64,000 nt of DNA. It comes from the human T2T-CHM13v2.0 reference genome, Homo sapiens. Position numbers and translations under genes: made by a program. The stretch lies in assembly GCF_009914755.1 (NCBI RefSeq), contig NC_060933.1; one strand, written 5' to 3'. Positions 56,431 to 64,000 of the stretch are shown here, piece by piece. Each line of letters opens with the position of its first letter. Position 1 is the stretch's first letter. The notes beneath the pieces are model-generated. The model made no database searches. It was not told the origin of the DNA and saw only the letters and a program-made list of their open reading frames with translations.

Positions 56431-58982
56431 CATTCTCAGAAACTTGTTTGTGATGTGTGTATTCAACTAACAGAGATGAACCTTTCTTTTTACAGAGCAG
56501 TTTTGAAACACTCTTTTTGTGGAATCTGAAAGTGGATATTTGGATAGCTTTGAGGATTTCGTTGGAAACGGGATTACATATAAAATCTAGAGAGAAGCAT
56601 TCTCAGGAACTTCTTTGTGATGTTTGCATTCAAGTCACAGAACTGAACATTCCCTTTCATAGAGCATGTTTGAAACACTCTTTCTGTAGTATCTGCAAGC
56701 GGACGTTACAAGCGCTTTCAGGCCTATGGTGAGAAAGGAAATATCTTCAAGTAAAAACTAGACAGAAGCATTCTCAGAAACTTATTTGCCATGTGTGTTC
56801 TCAACTAACAGAGTTGAACCTTTGTTTTGATACGGCATTTTGGAAACACTCTTTTTGTAGAATCTGCAGGTGGATATTCGGATAGCTTTGAAGGTTTCGT
56901 TGGAAACGGGAATATCTTCATATAAAATCGAGACGGAAGCATTCTCAGAAACTGCTTTGTGATGTTTTCATTCAAGCCACAGAGTAGAATGTTCCCTTTT
57001 ATATACCAGGTTTGAGACACTCTTTCTGCACTATCTGGAAGTGGACATTTGGAGCGCTTTGAGGCCTATGATGAAAAAGGAAATATCTTCCCATAAAAAC
57101 TAGACAGAAGCATTCTCAGAAACTTGTTTGTGATGTGTGTATTCAACTAACAGAGATGAACCTTTCTTTTTACAGAGCAGTTTTGAAACACTCTTTTTGT
57201 GGAATCTGAAAGTGGATATTTGGATAGCTTTGAGGATTTCGTTGGAAACGGGATTACATATAAAATCTAGAGAGAAGCATTCTCAGGAACTTCTTTGTGA
57301 TGTTTGCATTCACGCCACAGAACTGAACATTCCCTTTCATAGAGCATGTTTGAAACACTCTTTCTGTAGTATCTGCAAGCAGACGTTTCAAGCGCTTTCA
57401 GGCCTATGGTGAGAAAGGAAATATCTTCAAGTAAAAACTAGACAGAAGCATTCTCAGAAACTTATTTGCCATGTGTGTTCTCAACTAACAGAGTTGAACC
57501 TTTGTTTTGATACGGCATTTTGGAAACACTCTTTTTGTAGAATCTGCAGGTGGATATTCGGATACCTTTGAAAGTTTCGTTGGAAACGGGAATATCTTCA
57601 TATAAAATCTAGACGGAAGCATTCTCAGAAACTGCTTTGTGATGTTTTCATTCAAGCCACAGAGTAGAATGTTCCCTTTTATATACCAGGTTTGAGACAC
57701 TCTTTCTGCACTATCTGGAAGTGGACATTTGGAGCGCTTTGAGGCCTATGATGAAAAAGGAAATATCTTCCCATAAAAACTAGACAGAAGCATTCTCAGA
57801 AACTTGTTTGTGATGTGTGTATTCAACTAACAGTGATGAACCTTTCTTTTTACAGAGCAGTTTTGAAACACTCTTTTTGTGGAATCTGAAAGTGGATATT
57901 TGGATAGCTTTGAGGATTTCGTTGGAAACGGGATTACATATAAAATCTAGAGAGAAGCATTCTCAGGAACTTCTTTGTGACGTTTGCATTCACGTCACAG
58001 AACTGAACATTCCCTTTCATAGAGCATGTTTGAAACACTCTTTCTGTAGTATCTGCAAACGGACATTTCAAGCGCTTTCAGGCCTATGGTAAGAAAGGAA
58101 ATATCTTCAAATAAAAACTAGACAGAAGCATTCTCAGAAACTTATTTGCGATGTGTGTCCTCAACTAACAGAGTTGAACCTTTGTTTTGATACAACATTT
58201 TGGAAACACTCTTTTTGTAGTATCTGCAAGTGGATATTTGGATAGCTTTGAAGGTTTCGTTGGAAACGGGAATATCTTCATATAAAATCAAGACAGAAGC
58301 ATTCTCAGAAACTTCTCTGTGATGTTTGCATTCAACTCATAGAGGTGAACACTTCCCTTCATAGAGCAGGTTTGAAACACTCTTTTTGTAATATTTGGAA
58401 GTGGACATTTGCAGCGCTTTGAGGCCTATGTTGAAAAAGGAAATATCTTCTCCTAAAAACCAGACAGAAGCATTCTCAGAAACTTCCTTGTGATGTGTGT
58501 ACTCAAGTAACAGAGTTGAACCTTCCTTTTGACAGAGCCGTTTTGAAACAGTCTTTTTGTAGAATCTGGAAGTAGATATTTGGATACCTTTGAGGATTTC
58601 TTTGGAAACGGGATATCTTCATATAAAATCTAGACAGAAGCATTCTCACAAACTTCTTTGTGCTGTATGTCCTCAATTAACAGAGTTGAACCTTTGTGTG
58701 GATACAGCATTTTGGAAACACTCCTTTAGTAGTATATGCAAGTTGATATTTAGATAGCTAGGAAGATTTCCTTGGAAACGGGAATATCTTCATATAAAAT
58801 CTAGACGGAAGCATTCTCAGAAAGTGCTTTGTGATGTTTGCATTCAAGTCACAGAGTTGAATATTCCCTTTTATAGAGCAGGTTTGAAACACTCTTTCTG
58901 CACTACCTGGAAGTGGACATTTGGAGCGCTTTGAGGCCTATGTTGAAAAAGGAAATAACTTCCCATAAAAACTAGACAGAAG
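56431..58982 (+). repeat. 15-mer variant (4+4+7, 2552 bp)
   Basis: Two successive 4-mers at 56431 and 57111 are followed by a 7-mer at 57791 (ORF starts 56457, 57137, 57817, 59009). Confidence 0.92.
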
Positions 58983-61900
58983 CATTCTCAGAAACTTGTT
59001 TGTGATGTGTGTATTCAACTAACAGAGATGAACCTTTCTTTTTACAGAGCAGTTTTGAAACACTCTTTTTGTGGAATCTGAAAGTGGATATTTGGATAGC
59101 TTTGAGGATTTCGTTGGAAACGGGATTACATATAAAATCTAGAGAGAAGCATTCTCAGGAACTTCTTTGTGATGTTTGCATTCAAGTCACAGAACTGAAC
59201 ATTCCCTTTCATAGAGCATGTTTGAAACACTCTTTCTGTAGTATCTGCAAGCGGACGTTACAAGCGCTTTCAGGCCTATGGTGAGAAAGGAAATATCTTC
59301 AAGTAAAAACTAGACAGAAGCATTCTCAGAAACTTATTTGCCATGTGTGTTCTCAACTAACAGAGTTGAACCTTTGTTTTGATACGGCATTTTGGAAACA
59401 CTCTTTTTGTAGAATCTGCAGGTGGATATTCGGATAGCTTTGAAGGTTTCGTTGGAAACGGGAATATCTTCATATAAAATCGAGACGGAAGCATTCTCAG
59501 AAACTGCTTTGTGATGTTTTCATTCAAGCCACAGAGTAGAATGTTCCCTTTTATATACCAGGTTTGAGACACTCTTTCTGCACTATCTGGAAGTGGACAT
59601 TTGGAGCGCTTTGAGGCCTATGATGAAAAAGGAAATATCTTCCCATAAAAACTAGACAGAAGCATTCTCAGAAACTTGTTTGTGATGTGTGTATTCAACT
59701 AACAGAGATGAACCTTTCTTTTTACAGAGCAGTTTTGAAACACTCTTTTTGTGGAATCTGAAAGTGGATATTTGGATAGCTTTGAGGATTTCGTTGGAAA
59801 CGGGATTACATATAAAATCTAGAGAGAAGCATTCTCAGGAACTTCTTTGTGATGTTTGCATTCACGCCACAGAACTGAACATTCCCTTTCATAGAGCATG
59901 TTTGAAACACTCTTTCTGTAGTATCTGCAAACGGACATTTCAAGCGCTTTCAGGCCTATGGTAAGAAAGGAAATATCTTCAAATAAAAACTAGACAGAAG
60001 CATTCTCAGAAACTTATTTGCGATGTGTGTCCTCAACTAACAGAGTTGAACCTTTGTTTTGATACAACATTTTGGAAACACTCTTGTTGTAGAATCTGCA
60101 AGTGGATATTTGGATAGCTTTGAAGGTTTCGTTGGAAACGGGAATATCTTCATATAAAATCAAGACAGAAGCATTCTCAGAAACTTCTCTGTGATGTTTG
60201 CATTCAACTCATAGAGTTGAACACTTCCCTTCATAGAGCAGGTTTGAAACACTCTTTTTGTAATATTTGGAAGTGGACATTTGCAGCGCTTTGAGGCCTA
60301 TGTTGAAAAAGGAAATATCTTCTCCTAAAAACCAGACAGAAGCATTCTCAGAAACTTCCTTGTGATGTGTGTACTCAAGTAACAGAGTTGAACCTTACTT
60401 TTGACAGAGCCGTTTTGAAACAGTCTTGTTGTAGAATCTGGAAGTAGATATTTGGACACCTTTGAGGATTTCTTTGGAAACGGGATATCTTCATATAAAA
60501 TCTAGACAGAAGCATTCTCAGAAACTTCTTTGTGCTGTATGTCCTCAATTAACAGAGTTGAACCTTTGTGTGGATACAGCATTTTGGAAACACTCCTTTA
60601 GTAGAATCTGCAAGTTGATCTTTAGATAGCTAGGAAGATTTCCTTGGAAACGGGAATATCTTCATATAAAATCTAGACGGAAGCATTCTCAGAAAGTGCT
60701 TTGTGATGTTTGCATTCAAGTCACACAGTTGAATATTCCCTTTTATAGAGCAGGTTTGAAACACTCTTTCTGCACTACCTGGAAGTGGACATTTGGAGCG
60801 CTTTGAGGCCTATGTTGAAAAAGGAAATATCTTCCCATAAAAACTAGACAGAAGCATTCTCAGAAACTTGTTTGTGATGTGTGTATTCAACTAACAGAGA
60901 TGAACCTTTCTTTTTACAGAGCAGTTTTGAAACACTCTTTTTGTGGAATCTGAAAGTGGATATTTGGATAGCTTTGAGGATTTCGTTGGAAACGGGATTA
61001 CATATAAAATCTAGAGAGAAGCATTCTCAGGAACTTCTTTGTGATGTTTGCATTCACGCCACAGAACTGAACATTCCCTTTCATAGAGCATGTTTGAAAC
61101 ACTCTTTCTGTAGTATCTGCAAGCAGACGTTTCAAGCGCTTTCAGGCCTATGGTGAGAAAGGAAATATCTTCAAGTAAAAACTAGACAGAAGCATTCTCA
61201 GAAACTTATTTGCCATGTGTGTTCTCAACTAACAGAGTTGAACCTTTGTTTTGATACGGCATTTTGGAAACACTCTTTTTGTAGAATCTGCAGGTGGATA
61301 TTCGGATACCTTTGAAAGTTTCGTTGGAAACGGGAATATCTTCATATAAAATCTAGACGGAAGCATTCTCAGAAACTGCTTTGTGATGTTTTCATTCAAG
61401 CCACAGAGTAGAATGTTCCCTTTTATATACCAGGTTTGAGACACTCTTTCTGCACTATCTGGAAGTGGACATTTGGAGCGCTTTGAGGCCTATGATGAAA
61501 AAGGAAATATCTTCCCATAAAAACTAGACAGAAGCATTCTCAGAAACTTGTTTGTGATGTGTGTATTCAACTAACAGTGATGAACCTTTCTTTTTACAGA
61601 GCAGTTTTGAAACACTCTTTTTGTGGAATCTGAAAGTGGATATTTGGATAGCTTTGAGGATTTCGTTGGAAACGGGATTACATATAAAATCTAGAGAGAA
61701 GCATTCTCAGGAACTTCTTTGTGACGTTTGCATTCACGTCACAGAACTGAACATTCCCTTTCATAGAGCATGTTTGAAACACTCTTTCTGTAGTATCTGC
61801 AAACGGACATTTCAAGCGCTTTCAGGCCTATGGTAAGAAAGGAAATATCTTCAAATAAAAACTAGACAGAAGCATTCTCAGAAACTTATTTGCGATGTGT

Positions 61901-64000
61901 GTCCTCAACTAACAGAGTTGAACCTTTGTTTTGATACAACATTTTGGAAACACTCTTTTTGTAGTATCTGCAAGTGGATATTTGGATAGCTTTGAAGGTT
62001 TCGTTGGAAACGGGAATATCTTCATATAAAATCAAGACAGAAGCATTCTCAGAAACTTCTCTGTGATGTTTGCATTCAACTCATAGAGGTGAACACTTCC
62101 CTTCATAGAGCAGGTTTGAAACACTCTTTTTGTAATATTTGGAAGTGGACATTTGCAGCGCTTTGAGGCCTATGTTGAAAAAGGAAATATCTTCTCCTAA
62201 AAACCAGACAGAAGCATTCTCAGAAACTTCCTTGTGATGTGTGTACTCAAGTAACAGAGTTGAACCTTCCTTTTGACAGAGCCGTTTTGAAACAGTCTTT
62301 TTGTAGAATCTGGAAGTAGATATTTGGATACCTTTGAGGATTTCTTTGGAAACGGGATATCTTCATATAAAATCTAGACAGAAGCATTCTCACAAACTTC
62401 TTTGTGCTGTATGTCCTCAATTAACAGAGTTGAACCTTTGTGTGGATACAGCATTTTGGAAACACTCCTTTAGTAGTATATGCAAGTTGATATTTAGATA
62501 GCTAGGAAGATTTCCTTGGAAACGGGAATATCTTCATATAAAATCTAGACGGAAGCATTCTCAGAAAGTGCTTTGTGATGTTTGCATTCAAGTCACAGAG
62601 TTGAATATTCCCTTTTATAGAGCAGGTTTGAAACACTCTTTCTGCACTACCTGGAAGTGGACATTTGGAGCGCTTTGAGGCCTATGTTGAAAAAGGAAAT
62701 AACTTCCCATAAAAACTAGACAGAAGCATTCTCAGAAACTTGTTTGTGATGTGTGTATTCAACTAACAGAGATGAACCTTTCTTTTTACAGAGCAGTTTT
62801 GAAACACTCTTTTTGTGGAATCTGAAAGTGGATATTTGGATAGCTTTGAGGATTTCGTTGGAAACGGGATTACATATAAAATCTAGAGAGAAGCATTCTC
62901 AGGAACTTCTTTGTGATGTTTGCATTCAAGTCACAGAACTGAACATTCCCTTTCATAGAGCATGTTTGAAACACTCTTTCTGTAGTATCTGCAAGCGGAC
63001 GTTACAAGCGCTTTCAGGCCTATGGTGAGAAAGGAAATATCTTCAAGTAAAAACTAGACAGAAGCATTCTCAGAAACTTATTTGCCATGTGTGTTCTCAA
63101 CTAACAGAGTTGAACCTTTGTTTTGATACGGCATTTTGGAAACACTCTTTTTGTAGAATCTGCAGGTGGATATTCGGATAGCTTTGAAGGTTTCGTTGGA
63201 AACGGGAATATCTTCATATAAAATCGAGACGGAAGCATTCTCAGAAACTGCTTTGTGATGTTTTCATTCAAGCCACAGAGTAGAATGTTCCCTTTTATAT
63301 ACCAGGTTTGAGACACTCTTTCTGCACTATCTGGAAGTGGACATTTGGAGCGCTTTGAGGCCTATGATGAAAAAGGAAATATCTTCCCATAAAAACTAGA
63401 CAGAAGCATTCTCAGAAACTTGTTTGTGATGTGTGTATTCAACTAACAGAGATGAACCTTTCTTTTTACAGAGCAGTTTTGAAACACTCTTTTTGTGGAA
63501 TCTGAAAGTGGATATTTGGATAGCTTTGAGGATTTCGTTGGAAACGGGATTACATATAAAATCTAGAGAGAAGCATTCTCAGGAACTTCTTTGTGATGTT
63601 TGCATTCACGCCACAGAACTGAACATTCCCTTTCATAGAGCATGTTTGAAACACTCTTTCTGTAGTATCTGCAAACGGACATTTCAAGCGCTTTCAGGCC
63701 TATGGTAAGAAAGGAAATATCTTCAAATAAAAACTAGACAGAAGCATTCTCAGAAACTTATTTGCGATGTGTGTCCTCAACTAACAGAGTTGAACCTTTG
63801 TTTTGATACAACATTTTGGAAACACTCTTGTTGTAGAATCTGCAAGTGGATATTTGGATAGCTTTGAAGGTTTCGTTGGAAACGGGAATATCTTCATATA
63901 AAATCAAGACAGAAGCATTCTCAGAAACTTCTCTGTGATGTTTGCATTCAACTCATAGAGTTGAACACTTCCCTTCATAGAGCAGGTTTGAAACACTCTT
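58983..64000 (+). repeat. Regular 11-mer HORs (two complete, one partial)
   Basis: Units start at 58983 (4), 59663 (7), 60855 (4), 61535 (7), 62727 (4) and 63407 (7, truncated by the window end). Confidence 0.92.

Larger units (their letters stand above)
1..64000 (+). repeat. Centromeric alpha-satellite higher-order repeat (HOR) array, SF2-type; probably human chr9 D9Z4/S2C9H1L (chromosome assignment tentative)
   Basis: The hallmark CATTCTCAGAAACT...TGTGATG...CAGAGTTGAAC...TTTGAAACACTCTTT recurs every 167-171 bp throughout. CENP-B boxes (TTTCGTTGGAAACGGGA) mostly alternate with pJalpha-type sites. Near-identical units recur at 680, 1192 and 1872 bp, which is also visible in the ORF-track spacing. 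Alpha-satellite identity is certain. The chromosome call is from recall of 4/7/11-mer SF2 arrays (chr8 and chr13/21 are alternatives) and is only moderately confident. Confidence 0.99.

Noticed and set aside
10-63708. Recurring 61-142 aa ORFs (MYSTNRDEPF..., MSQTWYIKG..., MIRHFGN...)
   Set aside because: They are translations of alpha-satellite monomers. Many start at GTG/TTG, and they appear or vanish with single SNVs. There is no gene structure or recognisable domain.
1-64000. CRISPR-like repeat-spacer pattern around the recurring AGAAGCATTCTCAGAAAC motif
   Set aside because: The intervening sequences are homologous monomers that repeat, not unique spacers. The period is 171 bp and no cas genes are present.
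1-64000. Transposon insertion, inversion or non-alphoid island
   Set aside because: All intervals sum exactly to monomer lengths (apart from one 2 bp deletion), and all monomers read in the same orientation.
1-64000. Assignment to chr8 D8Z2 or chr13/21 11-mer arrays
   Set aside because: As I recall, those 11-mers consist of eleven distinct monomers, whereas here the 11-mer contains an essentially identical A twice. This is not formally excluded without an HMM or BLAST search.

Overview
The whole 64 kb window is one uninterrupted, single-orientation tandem array of primate (human-type) centromeric alpha-satellite DNA with ~171 bp monomers. I found no genes, transposon insertions, inversions or CRISPR arrays, and every ORF in the track is a by-product of the repeat. 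The monomers fit the dimeric suprachromosomal family 2 (SF2), in which CENP-B-box monomers mostly alternate with pJalpha-type monomers. I resolved seven monomer types, labelled by me A-G (A=167 bp, E=170 bp, others 171 bp, each counted from CATTCTCAG). They build a 1192 bp 7-mer (ABCDEFG) and a 680 bp 4-mer (A,B',C',G'), which alternate to give a 1872 bp 11-mer. From memory this 4/7/11-mer organisation best fits the chromosome 9 active array D9Z4 (S2C9H1L), but I could not confirm that by search. Positions 1-26480 are structurally mixed, with 512 bp 3-mers, an 18-mer superunit and several single-copy hybrid units. Positions 26481-56430 are 16 consecutive regular 11-mers, and 56431-64000 contain one 4+4+7 15-mer. 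The most notable observations are one divergent E monomer with an intact CENP-B box, a patch of CpG-transition CENP-B box loss spread by nested duplications, and a reconstructable history of local duplication, deletion and conversion. I found no evidence of a new gene-encoded system.
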